DNA of 64,000 nucleotides from an uncultured delta proteobacterium (GCA_963790475.1 CAWBOS010000013.1:32001-96000), one strand, 5' to 3'. Shown: positions 39,755 through 51,244, counted from the stretch's first letter. Notes: generated from the sequence alone by a model not told the origin. A program made the numbers and translations.

Positions 39755-42112
39755 TTACTCCCAACTGAACCTCTTCTCCTTAAAAAGCCTCAAGCAGGCC
39801 TCCACCACCTCCGGATCATAAAGGTTCCCTTTGTTCTGCGAGATTTCTTCCAGGGCTTTATCAATCCCCAGGGCCGGGCGGTAAGGTCGATAGGAGGCCA
39901 TAGCCTCGACCACATCGGCCACCATAAGGATCCGGGCTTCCAGGCAGATTTCTTTTCCTTTGAGTCCCTGGGGGTACCCGGAACCGTTCATCCGTTCATG
40001 ATGCTGGTAAATAATTTCCGCCAGGGGCCAGGGGGATTCTACCTTCTTGAGGATCTCGTACCCCTTCCGGGCGTGTTCTTTAATCAGGGAAAATTCTATT
40101 TCAGAAAGTTTTTTCGGCTTGGACAATATCTCGGCCGGTATGGATAGTTTTCCAATGTCATGGATGGAACCGGCCATGCGGAGGCCATCGATTTTATCCT
40201 GGGAAAGTCCCATCTCGGTGGCCATGGCCCGGGCCAGGTCCGCGGTCCGGGTCTGGTGGCCGGCGGTGTAGGGATCTCTTGTTTCCACGACGGACACCAT
40301 GACCTGGATGATCGTGCTAAACGCCTTCCTGAGACTCTCCAGGGTATGTTGAAGTTGTTCCTCGGCCCGCTTACGCTCGGTGATGTCCCTGGCGACCGCC
40401 TGGATCCCTACAGGTATTCCGTTGGACATGACGGTGGATCCCTGTGTTTCCACGTACACCTCGCTGCCATTTTTATGCCGCAACCTGAATTCCATCAAGC
40501 CCTTTTGAATACCGGATTCCCGAACCTCCTTTACTGTTTCTAATGCAAACGACAACTGATCCTCGCTCAAAAGCGAGGCAAAATTGAGGGAACGGAGCTC
40601 TTCCCTCGTATAACCAAGACGGTTCAAGGCGGCGGCGTTGGCATCGATGAAGCGACCTTCGAAATCAGTGATGTAAACTAAGTCGAGCGAACCATCGAAA
40701 AGAGCCTTGTACCGCTCATCGCTTTCCTGCAACGACTTTTCCGCCTGCTTACGCTCAGTAATATCAACGATAACTCCTCTGAGCCCCACAGGTGTGTCAT
40801 TCCTGTAAACCACACTCGAGATGACTATGGCCGGAAAGACAGACCCATCCAACCTCATCAAAGTATATTCAGCACCTTTTAATTGCTCCCCCCTTATGAG
40901 CCTTTGAATGTTCTTGCCGGATCTTTCAATCTCTCCAGGTGAAAGAAACCGCCAGGCTTTAGAACCCTTCTTAAAATCCTCTTCCGTACCCCCAAAAGTT
41001 TCATAAACAGCGCGGTTAACAGAAGTAATATTGGCTTCAAAATCCATCTCATAGACCGGGGTTGGCAAAAAATCATACAGGTCACGATACTTTTTCTCGC
41101 TCTCCCTCAGTTCTTCCTCCGCCCGCTTGCGTTCGGTGATATCGCGTGAGATTCCCCGGAACCCGATAATCCGACCCTCCTTGTTCCGCCGGCAGGATGT
41201 GGAGTCTTCTGCAAATATGGATGTTCCATCTTTACGAATATTGGTGACTGGATACCACTTTATTATCTCCCCTGTCCGGTAGGCCCGGTTAAAGGCCTTA
41301 TAGACCCCTTCCACCTCCTCCCGGGGTATATAGGCCCGATAGTTCATCCCAATCAACTCTTCTCGGGAATACTGAAGTTGCCGGATCATGGAATCGTTGA
41401 CAAAGGTGAAATTGCCGGACAGGTCCACCTCGTAGTAGCCTTCATCTATTTCTTCGATGACAGTCCGATATCTCTCCTCCGATTGCCGAATAACCTCTTC
41501 CATCCCTTTGCGCTCGGTGACATCGGTTACCGTAGTATGGACCTCCGGTGCTTCCCGGCTTACCTCTATCCGGATACTTTCCAAACCGGCTTGAAAGGTA
41601 GAACCATCCTGCCGCTTGAGCACAAGGTCGCAAGTCTGCTTCTCTCCCTGCCTTAACACCCTCAAGAAATGCTGATCCCATTGGTCAAAATCTGAGGGGG
41701 CGACAAACCGCCTGAACCTGCTATTAATCAGTCTTTGACGGTCCATCTCCAGGAGCGTTGCGCCGGTGAGGTTTACTTCTTTGATCAGGGCTTCCGAGGT
41801 AAAGGTAAAGTACCCCACCGGGGCAAAATCATAGAGGTCTGCGAACCTTTTCTTGGATTCTTCCAGGGCGATCTGGGCCTTTCGGAGTTCCTCGTTCTGC
41901 ACCTCCAGTTCGATCTGGTGCGCCTGTAGTTGGTGGAGAAGCCCCTCAGGGGTCCTTTCTTTCATCTCCCATGATGTGCCGGAAGATCCCCGGAGTTTAT
42001 TCTCTGCGGCATCCCTCAGCAGTCTTTCGCAAATCCCTTTTTCTTCCGGCTTTCTTTGTTTTCTCACCGTCTTTTCCACTGCAATCTGCATTATCCCTTC
42101 AGCTTTCGACAT
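39755..42112 (-). CDS. multi-PAS HD-GYP c-di-GMP phosphodiesterase
   Basis: Four PAS repeats ending D(V/I)TERK; RDPYTAGH, HDIGK, HHERMNGSGYP. Confidence 0.9.
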   Translation of the reverse strand: MSKAEGIMQIAVEKTVRKQRKPEEKGICERLLRDAAENKLRGSSGTSWEMKERTPEGLLHQLQAHQIELEVQNEELRKAQIALEESKKRFADLYDFAPVGYFTFTSEALIKEVNLTGATLLEMDRQRLINSRFRRFVAPSDFDQWDQHFLRVLRQGEKQTCDLVLKRQDGSTFQAGLESIRIEVSREAPEVHTTVTDVTERKGMEEVIRQSEERYRTVIEEIDEGYYEVDLSGNFTFVNDSMIRQLQYSREELIGMNYRAYIPREEVEGVYKAFNRAYRTGEIIKWYPVTNIRKDGTSIFAEDSTSCRRNKEGRIIGFRGISRDITERKRAEEELRESEKKYRDLYDFLPTPVYEMDFEANITSVNRAVYETFGGTEEDFKKGSKAWRFLSPGEIERSGKNIQRLIRGEQLKGAEYTLMRLDGSVFPAIVISSVVYRNDTPVGLRGVIVDITERKQAEKSLQESDERYKALFDGSLDLVYITDFEGRFIDANAAALNRLGYTREELRSLNFASLLSEDQLSFALETVKEVRESGIQKGLMEFRLRHKNGSEVYVETQGSTVMSNGIPVGIQAVARDITERKRAEEQLQHTLESLRKAFSTIIQVMVSVVETRDPYTAGHQTRTADLARAMATEMGLSQDKIDGLRMAGSIHDIGKLSIPAEILSKPKKLSEIEFSLIKEHARKGYEILKKVESPWPLAEIIYQHHERMNGSGYPQGLKGKEICLEARILMVADVVEAMASYRPYRPALGIDKALEEISQNKGNLYDPEVVEACLRLFKEKRFSWE

Positions 42113-42178
42113 GCCTTGCTCCCCTTCAACTTCCCAGTCTTTTCTTTCCTTCCGCAATCTGAGTTTTTCCCCTTCACA

Positions 42179-42209
42179 TTCCGCAATCCACAATCCGCAA
42201 TCGGCAATT
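42179..42209 (+). repeat. heptameric AATCCGC-type tandem repeat (also near 48907 and 62005)
   Basis: ttccgcaatccacaatccgcaatcggcaat. Confidence 0.55.
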
Positions 42210-42231
42210 TCTCAAACCCAAACCCCATTTC

Positions 42232-44310
42232 TTAGGCCTGTTGATAAAGCCTATATTGGTTCCGTCCCGCCTGCTTGGCCTGATACATGGCCATATCGGC
42301 ATTTTTTAGGAGCGCAACTTCATCTGTTCCATCCTCGGGATAGACGGTGATGCCGATACTCATGGTCACAACCAGTTGATGAGTGTCGATGAGGAAAGAC
42401 TTACAAAAACCGTCAACAATCTTCCGGGCAACCCCGATCGCATCTTCTATTCTCATCAGATCAGGAAAGATCAGCACAAACTCGTCTCCTCCCAGGCGGG
42501 CAACGGTATCACCCTTTCTCAGCGCCGTGCTTAGCCGCTCTGCCGTTTCCTTCAGAAAGAAATCCCCTATCTCATGGCCGAGGGTGTCATTCACCCCCTT
42601 GAAATGGTCGAGGTCGAGCATCATGACTCCTACCTTTTTTTGATTCCTCCGGGCCTGGACCAGGGCAATACCCAAGCGATCGGAGAAGAGCTTCCGGTTG
42701 GGAAGGCCCGTCAGAGAATCATGATAGGCCATCTGCCGGATCTTTTCCTCTGCCTGCCTGCGCTCGGTGATGTCGCGCGAGATACCCCTGAATCCGATGG
42801 GTTTGTCTTCTGCATCCTTGGTAAGAGATACCGATATTTCATTGTAAGCTTTAGCCCCATCTTTTTTGAAAAGTTCCACGGCATAGGCTTTAATAGGTAT
42901 TCCGGTTTTATAGACTTCCATAAAGAGATTATTCAATTTTTTACGGTTTTCTTCATCTACATACTCTCGGCTACTCATGCCGATCAATTCGCCTCTCGTA
43001 TATCCGAGATTTCTGCATTCCGCATTATTAACGAAGGTAAAATTTCCTGAAAGGTCGGTTTCAAAATAGCCATCCTCCATTTGCTCTATGATGATCCGGT
43101 ATCTCTCCTCGCTCCAGTAAAGGGCCTCTTCGGCCTGCTTGCGTTCAGTGATGTCCTTAAAGACGACCACCGCGCCTATGACCCTGCTGTCTCTGATGAT
43201 CGGCGTGCTGAAATACTCCACGGGGAAACTGCTGCCGTCCTTGCGGCATAGCACCTCCTCCGCCACCCGGTTTTCGGTGGCCTTGGTGTAGGAAGCATAC
43301 ATGGGGCAGTCTTCCACCGGGTAATGGGAGCCGTCCTTATGGGAATGGTGGATAAGGGTATGCACGCTTTGACCTAATATCTCCTCTTCGGCAAACCCGA
43401 GCAGGCGAAGGGCGGCGGGGTTGACGAAGGTCGTCTGTCCTATGGTATTAACCCCGAAAATGCCGTCTCCGACTGCCTGAAGTAACAGGCGTTTGCTCTC
43501 TTCACTTTGCCGAATGGCCTCTTCCGCCCGCTTGTGCTCCGAAATCTCGTTCCCGAGTTCTTCATTCGCCTTTAGTAGATTTGCCGTGCGTTCTTTAACC
43601 CGAACCTCCAACTCATCGCGGGCCTCTCGCAACACATTCTCCGATTCCAGACGCTCCGCCGTCCAATGGCGGACAGAACGTACGGCATAAAACCAGGTCG
43701 CAAGTAATACTAGAACACCGGCGGTACTTGGGGCCGCCGATACGAGAGACAGCCAGTGAAGGCGCTGGATATCTCTCTCCAGAAGGTTATTTTTAGCACT
43801 GATGGTTTTTTGCATGCCACCGGCGTAGACTTTCTTAAATCGTGCATATTCATCGCCGGTCAGCAGAGTCATCGCCTCCTGCCGTCTGCCCTGATGCGTC
43901 AAATCGAAAGCTTGCCGTTCCATTTTCACCAAAGCGAGATTCGCTTCATCCGTCTCCTTCACAAACCTTTCTATTTCCTGTTGCGGGAGCATGCCTCTCA
44001 GATCATTAAGCGCCGCAGTCAGTTGCGGATCGAATTGGTCGTATCTTTTCTCATAGCTAATATCACCTGTTGCTGCAAATAGACGCGCCAACATGGTCAG
44101 CGACTCATCCAGCAGCATGATGCGGCCAACACCCTCGCTAAGGGCGATATGCTTCCTCGACCTCTCTTCAATGCGATTGTGCTCCTGCCACAACAACCCT
44201 CCGGTGAAAGCAGTGATCAATAGGCTGATCACAAATGCGGCTGCAAACAGCCGTAGCGGAAAATCCTGCTTGCCGGGGTGACTTTGGTAAAACGGCATTA
44301 TGCCTTTCAT
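42232..44310 (-). CDS. membrane sensor PAS-PAS-GGDEF diguanylate cyclase
   Basis: Two TM helices, two PAS domains, HDSLTGLPNR, RKGD...GGDEF. Confidence 0.9.
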   Translation of the reverse strand: MKGIMPFYQSHPGKQDFPLRLFAAAFVISLLITAFTGGLLWQEHNRIEERSRKHIALSEGVGRIMLLDESLTMLARLFAATGDISYEKRYDQFDPQLTAALNDLRGMLPQQEIERFVKETDEANLALVKMERQAFDLTHQGRRQEAMTLLTGDEYARFKKVYAGGMQKTISAKNNLLERDIQRLHWLSLVSAAPSTAGVLVLLATWFYAVRSVRHWTAERLESENVLREARDELEVRVKERTANLLKANEELGNEISEHKRAEEAIRQSEESKRLLLQAVGDGIFGVNTIGQTTFVNPAALRLLGFAEEEILGQSVHTLIHHSHKDGSHYPVEDCPMYASYTKATENRVAEEVLCRKDGSSFPVEYFSTPIIRDSRVIGAVVVFKDITERKQAEEALYWSEERYRIIIEQMEDGYFETDLSGNFTFVNNAECRNLGYTRGELIGMSSREYVDEENRKKLNNLFMEVYKTGIPIKAYAVELFKKDGAKAYNEISVSLTKDAEDKPIGFRGISRDITERRQAEEKIRQMAYHDSLTGLPNRKLFSDRLGIALVQARRNQKKVGVMMLDLDHFKGVNDTLGHEIGDFFLKETAERLSTALRKGDTVARLGGDEFVLIFPDLMRIEDAIGVARKIVDGFCKSFLIDTHQLVVTMSIGITVYPEDGTDEVALLKNADMAMYQAKQAGRNQYRLYQQA

Positions 44311-45803
44311 TGCCTACCCATGACTTTTAGATTAGTATTGAGGAAAGGAATTCCAGTTAAAGAGTCTTTTCCCCTGGAATTGACATCAACGCCTAATTGA
44401 ATCTGAAAACCTCTTTCCCTGAATAACCTCAGACACGAATCCACTGCATCACCGTCGTAAAGTGTCCCCTTGTTTTTCGAAATCTCCTCCAGAGCAGCAT
44501 CAATCCCCAAGGCCGGACGGTAGGGCCGGTAGGAAGCCATGGCCTCGACCACATCGGCCACAGCCAGGATGCTGGCCTCGATGAGGATATCATCTCCCTT
44601 CAAACCCCGGGGATATCCTGAGCCGTCCATGCGCTCATGGTGCTGATAGACCATTTCTGCCAGTGGCCAGGGGGATTCCACATTCTTGAGAATATCGTAC
44701 CCCTTTTGAGGGTGTTCTTTAATCAGGGAAAACTCGATTTCAGACAGTTTGGTCGGCTTGGACAATATCTCGGCCGGTATGGATAGTTTTCCTATGTCAT
44801 GAATGGAACCGGCCATGAGGATACCGTCGATCTTTTCCTTCGAAAGCCCTATCTCGGCGGCAATGGCCCGGGCCAGGTCCGCGGACCGGGTCTGGTGACC
44901 GGCGGTATAGGGATCTCTGGTTTCCACGGCGGAGGCCAAGACCTGGATGATCGTGCGAAAAGACTTCCTGAGACTCACCAGGGAATGCTGAACTTCTTCT
45001 TCAGCCTTCTTTCGCTCGGTGATATCACGGGTTACTCCAAGAATACCCACCGGTCGCTGATCTTCATCTCTGATAAAGGAAAACTTCACCTCCGTCCACA
45101 CGGTGGTCCCATCTTTTCGCCTCATTTCCAACTGAAGCGTCCGGGATATGGGAATCTCTCTATGTTCGGATTTTTCCAGCTCCATGACCTCGGATATGGT
45201 CCTCATGGCCAGATCCCGGGAGGAGGGCGTCAAGGTCTCAAAAGCTGGTTGTTTCATCACCTCTTCCGGTTCATATCCCCTCAGGATTTTTACGGAAGGG
45301 CTGACATAGGTGTAATTCAGATTCATATCCAAAACGAAAATGACGTCATTGACATTATCGGCCAGCAGGCGATATTTGTTTTCACTTTCCTTCAAACTCT
45401 TTTCCGCCTGCCTGCGCTCTCGCCGGTCCTCCGCATCCTGCAGGGCATGTTCAACGGCAGAGGCGAGGCGGGACAGCCGGTCCTTTATGATGTAGTCATG
45501 CGCCCCGGCCTTGACTAAGGCCACCGCCGCTTCTTCGCCAATAGTGCCGGAAACGATGATAAAAGGAATATCCAGGCCGCTTTGTTTAAGAATGGCCAGG
45601 GCGCCGGGCGCATCAAATTGCGGCAGGTCATGATCCGAGATGACTATATCAAAGGTCTGCCCAGCCAGGGCTGCTTTCATCTCAGCGGCGCTGGCGGCCA
45701 CCGCATAGGTGACCCGGTAGCCCGCCGCTTCCAGCGCCCGCACCTCCAGTGCCACGTCCCTATCCGAATCCTCTATTATCAGTACCCTGAGTGGTATTTC
45801 CAT
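44307..45803 (-). CDS. REC-PAS-HD-GYP response regulator phosphodiesterase
   Basis: LIIEDS, DIVISD, GAHDYI.K; HDIGK, HHERMDGSGYP. Confidence 0.9.
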   Translation of the reverse strand: MEIPLRVLIIEDSDRDVALEVRALEAAGYRVTYAVAASAAEMKAALAGQTFDIVISDHDLPQFDAPGALAILKQSGLDIPFIIVSGTIGEEAAVALVKAGAHDYIIKDRLSRLASAVEHALQDAEDRRERRQAEKSLKESENKYRLLADNVNDVIFVLDMNLNYTYVSPSVKILRGYEPEEVMKQPAFETLTPSSRDLAMRTISEVMELEKSEHREIPISRTLQLEMRRKDGTTVWTEVKFSFIRDEDQRPVGILGVTRDITERKKAEEEVQHSLVSLRKSFRTIIQVLASAVETRDPYTAGHQTRSADLARAIAAEIGLSKEKIDGILMAGSIHDIGKLSIPAEILSKPTKLSEIEFSLIKEHPQKGYDILKNVESPWPLAEMVYQHHERMDGSGYPRGLKGDDILIEASILAVADVVEAMASYRPYRPALGIDAALEEISKNKGTLYDGDAVDSCLRLFRERGFQIQLGVDVNSRGKDSLTGIPFLNTNLKVMGRQ

Positions 45804-45810
45804 GAAGACC

Positions 45811-46250
45811 TCACTTCCCTGGCGGCAGCTCATTCAGCAATAGCCAGTACATGCCCAGAGTGCGCACCGCCTCGGCAAACTGGTGAAAATCGACCGGCTT
45901 GCGTATGTAGCTGTTGGCTCCCAGCTTGTAGCTGGAGATCATATCCGCTTCCTGATCAGACGAAGTTAAGATCACCACCGGAAGGAGCCGGTGATCTCAT
46001 TGGCGCGTATCTTCTGCAAGACCTCCAGTCCGTCTACCTTGGGGAGTTTCAGGTCCAGCAGCACCACGGCCGGGATATCCCGGACATCCCGGCCTGCATA
46101 CCGGCCGGTGGCGAAAAGGTAGTCCAGCGCCTCCCCGCCGTCCTCGGCGACAATCAGTTCATTGGCAATTTGATTCTGCTCCAGTGCCCGTTTGGTCAGC
46201 TTGACGTCACTGGGATTGTCTTCGATCAGAAGAATGTTTTTGCCTTTCAT
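45811..46250 (-). CDS. single-domain response regulator, frameshifted at ~45990
   Basis: ILLIEDN, LLDLKLP; restoring one C gives [12 protein letters not shown]...[12 protein letters not shown]...LGMYWL. Confidence 0.85.
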
Positions 46251-48133
46251 GTTGCCTCCTTCAATGTGAAGTAAAAGGTTGCCCCCTGATTTACCTTGGC
46301 CTCGGCCCAGATGCGACCACCGTGCCGGTTGATGATACGCTGCACGCTCGCCAGGCCGATGCCCGTGCCGGGGAACTCCGATGATTTGTGCAGACGCCGA
46401 AACACCCCGAACAGTTTGTGTGAATAGGCCATGTCAAAACCCACTCCGTTGTCACGCACGAAAAAGGCTTTTCCGTCCTCCTTTTCAACCTGGCCGAACT
46501 CGATGCGGCCATGAGCGTTTTTACTGCTGAACTTCGCTGCATTATCGAGCAGGTTTTTCAAAGCGATCTCTATCAGACCGGCATCTCCCAGTGCCTTCAA
46601 TCCCGGCTGAACGATAAAGTCGGCCTGGAGGGTGGGGTTTTGCTGCTGAAGGCGGGAAATGATGGCTTGAGCCATGGCCGTCATATCCAACGGCTGCTGG
46701 TCCATCTCGGCGCGGCTTTGCCGTGAAAACATCAGCAGGTCATCAATCAACCGGCCCATTATCTGCGTTTCTGAACGCACCAGGTCGATGTACTGGCGTC
46801 CCTTCTCGTCGAGTTTATCTTTGTAGTCTTCCAGCAGCGCCAGGCTCCACCCGTCAATGCCGCGCAAAGGCGCGCGCAGGTCATGGGAGACGGAGTAGGC
46901 AAAGGCTTCCAGTTCTTCATGGGCCTTTTTCAGACTATTTTCTCTCCCCCTGCGCGTGGTGATGTCCTCTATGGACAACAGAATGACTTGTTCTTTGCCC
47001 AAGATTCTTTTAATTTGCCGGGCATTCAAAAGCATTATACGTTTGCCAATGGTAGTAAAATCGTGTTCAACTTCATAGTTACCAAAGTCTGCTTTTTGGG
47101 GAAGGATGGTTTCCAGCAGTTCCCGTAGTTTAGGGATATCCCACTGTTTATTGCCCAGGTCATAAATAAGCTGTCCTAAAGTCTCTTCAGGTTTTACCCT
47201 AAAGAATTCATAAAAGGATCTGCTGACTTTGACTACTCTTAAATCTTGGTCCAGAGCGATTAAGGGTTCACGCACGGTGTTGATGATACTCTCAGCGAAT
47301 TCACTGGCTTCATCTGCGATCCGGGCAGCGGACTCTTTGCTCTGTATTTCTTTCTGAATTGTTTCGGCCATGGCGTTGAAGGAGGCGGCCAGCGTCCCGA
47401 ATTCATTGGCGGAGGAATAGCTGCTGCGGACGTCCATTTTGCCCCGGCGAAATTGTTGAGCTAACGAGGTCAGGTCTTTGAGGGGAACCCTGATCCTTTT
47501 CAGCAGTAACCAGGAGGTGATCAAAGACAGCAGCAGAATGACGGCGACCATGACGCCCAACTGGCGATTGAGAGTGTTCTTATGTTCTGTGGCCACGTAA
47601 AATAACTGGCTGCTTTTGTTGCGGGCGAAGTTGTCCACCTTCTTGACATGACCTATCAATGCCTCCGCCAGAGCGTTTTCCAGGCCGTCCAAATTGCTAC
47701 GGGCCTCGGCTTCAAAGGCCTTTCTCGCCCTGAGGAGCCGGAGGGTCTCCTCGCAGATGGCGTCCCACTTTACCAGTTCGTCATCCAGGGTGGCGATATC
47801 GCCGCGAGGGCCGAGGTAGCGGTCATAGAGGACATTGATCTGCCTCGAGGCATCGGCCTTGTGGGTTTTGATCCTGAACAGGAAAGCCGAGATTTCCTTC
47901 TCGTTCATGGCCAGCAGAAGGCCTCTGATACTACGGTGCATGACCAGGAAGTCGGCCTTGAGCTCACCCACCGCCTGGGTGACCTGAAGCGGATGGTCAT
48001 AGAGTTCCTTGGTCTGAAGCCAGAGTGCGTCCGTCTGGACCCAAGCCAGGGCGGCGAGAATAACCCCCATGGCCAGGATGACGCCTATGCCGATGCACAG
48101 TTGCCTGCCGATTTTCAGATCTTTCATTTTCAT
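46247..48133 (-). CDS. sensor histidine kinase (periplasmic four-helix bundle, HAMP, PAS, HisKA, HATPase)
   Basis: [32 protein letters not shown]. Confidence 0.92.
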   Translation of the reverse strand: MKMKDLKIGRQLCIGIGVILAMGVILAALAWVQTDALWLQTKELYDHPLQVTQAVGELKADFLVMHRSIRGLLLAMNEKEISAFLFRIKTHKADASRQINVLYDRYLGPRGDIATLDDELVKWDAICEETLRLLRARKAFEAEARSNLDGLENALAEALIGHVKKVDNFARNKSSQLFYVATEHKNTLNRQLGVMVAVILLLSLITSWLLLKRIRVPLKDLTSLAQQFRRGKMDVRSSYSSANEFGTLAASFNAMAETIQKEIQSKESAARIADEASEFAESIINTVREPLIALDQDLRVVKVSRSFYEFFRVKPEETLGQLIYDLGNKQWDIPKLRELLETILPQKADFGNYEVEHDFTTIGKRIMLLNARQIKRILGKEQVILLSIEDITTRRGRENSLKKAHEELEAFAYSVSHDLRAPLRGIDGWSLALLEDYKDKLDEKGRQYIDLVRSETQIMGRLIDDLLMFSRQSRAEMDQQPLDMTAMAQAIISRLQQQNPTLQADFIVQPGLKALGDAGLIEIALKNLLDNAAKFSSKNAHGRIEFGQVEKEDGKAFFVRDNGVGFDMAYSHKLFGVFRRLHKSSEFPGTGIGLASVQRIINRHGGRIWAEAKVNQGATFYFTLKEAT

Positions 48134-48158
48134 TGTTTACTCATCCCGAAATCGGAAG

Positions 48159-48893
48159 TTATTCAAACCCAAACCCTTTCTCTTTGAACAAACCCAGACA
48201 CTTCTTCACCACATCCGGATGGTACAATATCCCCTTATTCTTCTTTATCTCGTCCAGGGCGGCATCGATCCCCAGAGCGGGACGATAAGGCCGGTAGGAG
48301 GCTATGGCCTCCACCACGTCGGCCACCATAAGGATCTGGGCTTCCGGGGAGATGTCTTCTCCCTTAAGCCCCTGGGGATACCCGGTACCGTTTAGACGCT
48401 CATGATGCTGTAAAACCGTTTCGGCCAAGGGCCAGGGAAAATCAATGTCCTTAAGGATATCATGTCCTGTTTGAGAATGGGTCTGGATCAGTTCGTATTC
48501 GATCTTTGTTAACTTTTTTGTTTTGCTTAAAATCCCGGCTGGGATGGATACCTTGCCCAGATCATGAATAATCCCGGCCATAAGTAACCCATTCTGCTGA
48601 TCCTCGGCCAACCCCATTTCCCAGCCTATGGCACGGGCCAGATCGGCCGTACGCCGCCGATGACCGGCGGTATAGGGGTCCCTGGACTCCAACGTATCCG
48701 AAAGGCCCTGAATGATACCGGCAATAACCTTTCGAACTTTCTCCATATTAGGACTGAGCTTTTCATGGGCTTGATCGATGAAGGATACCTGGGCTACCCT
48801 TGTATGGACATCAAATGTACGCCCGTTTACCGCTTCATCTCTCACTTTACGGTCGAGATTCCGGGTTTCGGTTTGAATTTCTTGCCTTCCCAT
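48159..48893 (-). CDS. HD-GYP domain protein
   Basis: RDPYTAGH, HDLGK, HHERLNGTGYP. Confidence 0.9.
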   Translation of the reverse strand: MGRQEIQTETRNLDRKVRDEAVNGRTFDVHTRVAQVSFIDQAHEKLSPNMEKVRKVIAGIIQGLSDTLESRDPYTAGHRRRTADLARAIGWEMGLAEDQQNGLLMAGIIHDLGKVSIPAGILSKTKKLTKIEYELIQTHSQTGHDILKDIDFPWPLAETVLQHHERLNGTGYPQGLKGEDISPEAQILMVADVVEAIASYRPYRPALGIDAALDEIKKNKGILYHPDVVKKCLGLFKEKGFGFE

Positions 48894-48993
48894 AAAACAC
48901 TTCCATTTCCGATTGCGGATTGCGGAATATTTTGAATCCCGCTCTATTTCGGAATGCCGATTTCGAAAATATTTATTATCATTTCGACTTGAG

Positions 48994-49596
48994 TTAACCT
49001 TTCTTTTGTTGACTGTAATACAGGAAACCGAATAAAACCCTTTGTATATAGTTGCGGGTTTCCGGGAAAGGAGGAACCCCGTCGTAGATCAAGACCCGCT
49101 TTAACCCGGCATTATAAGCGGCTAAGGCTAAAAGCGGATCCCCTTCGAAAAAATCCAGAAGGGATCTAAGATGGCCGACCCCGGCATAGATATTTTCCTT
49201 CGGGTCAAAGGGATCATGGTAACCCCGGGAAGAAGCCAACCTCGGCCGTATCTGCATCAGACCGACTGCTCCCCGGGGAGAAACAGCCAAGTTTTCGAAC
49301 CGTGACTCAACCTGGATGATTGCCTTTATAAGAAAAGGATCTATGTCATACCTTAAGGCTGCCGCCTTGATGATAGGATCGTACTTTTTTTCTTTTTGAC
49401 TTAAATCTTCCCGAGTGATGGGAAGCGCTGGTGAAACGGGAAGGTTATCGGATCGGTTTAGGGTGACGAATGTTTGATGAACAAGGGGGAAACGCAGGTC
49501 CACAGCTGCTAACCCCGCAACCAGAAAGAAAAATAAGATGAAGCCTGATTTCATGCCCAGCCTCACTATAATTCGCCTGTAAATCTTGATATACAT
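48994..49596 (-). CDS. lytic transglycosylase (SLT domain)
   Basis: AIIQVES, AVSPRGAVGLMQ, ALAAYNAG, PPFPETRNY. Confidence 0.9.
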   Translation of the reverse strand: MYIKIYRRIIVRLGMKSGFILFFFLVAGLAAVDLRFPLVHQTFVTLNRSDNLPVSPALPITREDLSQKEKKYDPIIKAAALRYDIDPFLIKAIIQVESRFENLAVSPRGAVGLMQIRPRLASSRGYHDPFDPKENIYAGVGHLRSLLDFFEGDPLLALAAYNAGLKRVLIYDGVPPFPETRNYIQRVLFGFLYYSQQKKG

Positions 49597-49686
49597 TTCC
49601 CAATTTTTTCTCTTTACCTGCTTTACTCAATTTGGATAAACTTTAAGCTAAGTTTTTTTGTCGCTAAAATTGTCTTTAGTCTGAAC

Positions 49687-49797
49687 TTTTGCAAAAATCC
49701 CGTGAGGTCATTCCGGTGAAAGCCGGAATCCAGTCTTTTCAATGCATTTTGGACACCGGCTTTCGTCGCTGTGACGAAATTTGAGAGATTTGCAAGA
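49687..49797. repeat. REP-like palindromic element
   Basis: gtcattccggtgaaagccggaatccag ... tggacaccggctttcgtcgctgtgac; relatives at ~55573-55625 and ~59078-59158. Confidence 0.65.
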
Positions 49798-49823
49798 ACC
49801 TCATCTGTTATGAAATTTCCCCC

Positions 49824-50861
49824 TCATATTTTAGATTTCTCCAGATTATTTATGGCCGTACCCGTGATATGGGATAAACGGGACAGAAAAAATTCCTCCC
49901 GACGGATCAGCCGGCGATGAGGGGTGTTGACTCTTAAATAAAGAGTTCCCAGGCTTTTTTCCTGATAGAAGATAGGCATTTTTTTTAGAATATACCCGGA
50001 AACCTTTTTTCTACCCGGCAACCTATCTTCCGGGACCTCTCCTGAATTATTAAACAAAGATTGCTTGAGTGCCGGATATCTTTTCAAGTCAATAAGAATA
50101 GCTTTCTTTTCAGCACGATCGTTGGAAGAAACCATTCTGGCCGTCTCTTCCCGGCTATCCACCAATATGGCCATGCAACTCTGGAGGACTAATTTTTCAT
50201 TTAAGGTCTGTGTCACTTTAATCAGGAAATCCGATAGATTTTTATTCCGGCCGATGGATTGCGCCAAATCCGTCAGAACCTCCAGTTCCCGAACATCTTC
50301 TTTAAGCAGTTCCTGTCCCTGCCTGACCCGATCATACGCTTCGATCATGGTGATAAAGAAGGAACTGATCACAAAAATAAAGGGGAACCGGAGTAAAAAA
50401 ACGGGTTCCTTGAAGAATTGGGGATACTTTAAATAGGAGAATAATCCATAACCGATAATCAGCAGCCCGGAAGAGAACAGGATAAATTTGGCCTGTCGGG
50501 TAAAAGCGGCTATAAATAGGATCAGGAAATAGATCAAAAAAAACTCCGAATCGATCCAGGCCGATGTAAAAATGACCAAAGAGGTCATCCCGATATCGAT
50601 CAGCAGGATGAGAAAAATAAAGACATCTTTTTCAAACCATCTTGCCGGTGTCACCATTAAAAAAGGATTGGAAAGGACATAGGCGACAAAGAGAAAATAA
50701 GGCAGGGATAGAAGGGATTGGCCGGGGGAGCTGAAAGCAATCAGGTATCCGACAACGATAATAAGAATCCAACGAATTAATATTATAGTCCTTCTTCCGA
50801 AATCTTCACGGATCAGAAATTGCTCCTTAGCCGCAGTTTTATCTTTCATCCCTTTTGTCAT
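49824..50861 (-). CDS. membrane protein with about six TM helices and GAF-like C-terminus
   Basis: Hydrophobic N-terminus; ...MPIFYQEKSLGTLYL...EEFFLSRLS..TGTAINN. Confidence 0.65.
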   Translation of the reverse strand: MTKGMKDKTAAKEQFLIREDFGRRTIILIRWILIIVVGYLIAFSSPGQSLLSLPYFLFVAYVLSNPFLMVTPARWFEKDVFIFLILLIDIGMTSLVIFTSAWIDSEFFLIYFLILFIAAFTRQAKFILFSSGLLIIGYGLFSYLKYPQFFKEPVFLLRFPFIFVISSFFITMIEAYDRVRQGQELLKEDVRELEVLTDLAQSIGRNKNLSDFLIKVTQTLNEKLVLQSCMAILVDSREETARMVSSNDRAEKKAILIDLKRYPALKQSLFNNSGEVPEDRLPGRKKVSGYILKKMPIFYQEKSLGTLYLRVNTPHRRLIRREEFFLSRLSHITGTAINNLEKSKI

Positions 50862-50903
50862 TTCTTTTTAAGAAAATTATCCATGAATATTTTTTTTGCG
50901 GTT

Positions 50904-51215
50904 TTAACCAGCCGCCTTCAGCGAGGCCTCCAAATTGGCTATTCTTTCCTCCATTTTACCTAAAGAATCTCTTTCCTGTGCTAATTGGGCCTTAGAGCTG
51001 AAGGCCGGGTTGTTAACCCACCAGTCCATGCCCATCTCCTTGGCCTTATCAACGGAGCAGATTACCAGTCGGATCTGAATCGTCAGCAACTCGACGTCAA
51101 CCAGGTTAATCCTGATATCGCCCGCAATAACAATACCCTTGTCCAGGATCCTTTCCAGAAGATCCGCCAGATTCGTACTTTCCAGAGAATGTCGAGCACT
51201 CTGTTGGATTGCCAT
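50904..51215 (-). CDS. gvpJ: gas vesicle protein GvpJ (GvpA family)
   Basis: [19 protein letters not shown]...IRLVICSVDKAKEMGMDWW. Confidence 0.9.
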   Translation of the reverse strand: MAIQQSARHSLESTNLADLLERILDKGIVIAGDIRINLVDVELLTIQIRLVICSVDKAKEMGMDWWVNNPAFSSKAQLAQERDSLGKMEERIANLEASLKAAG

Positions 51216-51244
51216 TTTTCTTTCCCCCTTTTTTCAAGCACCTG

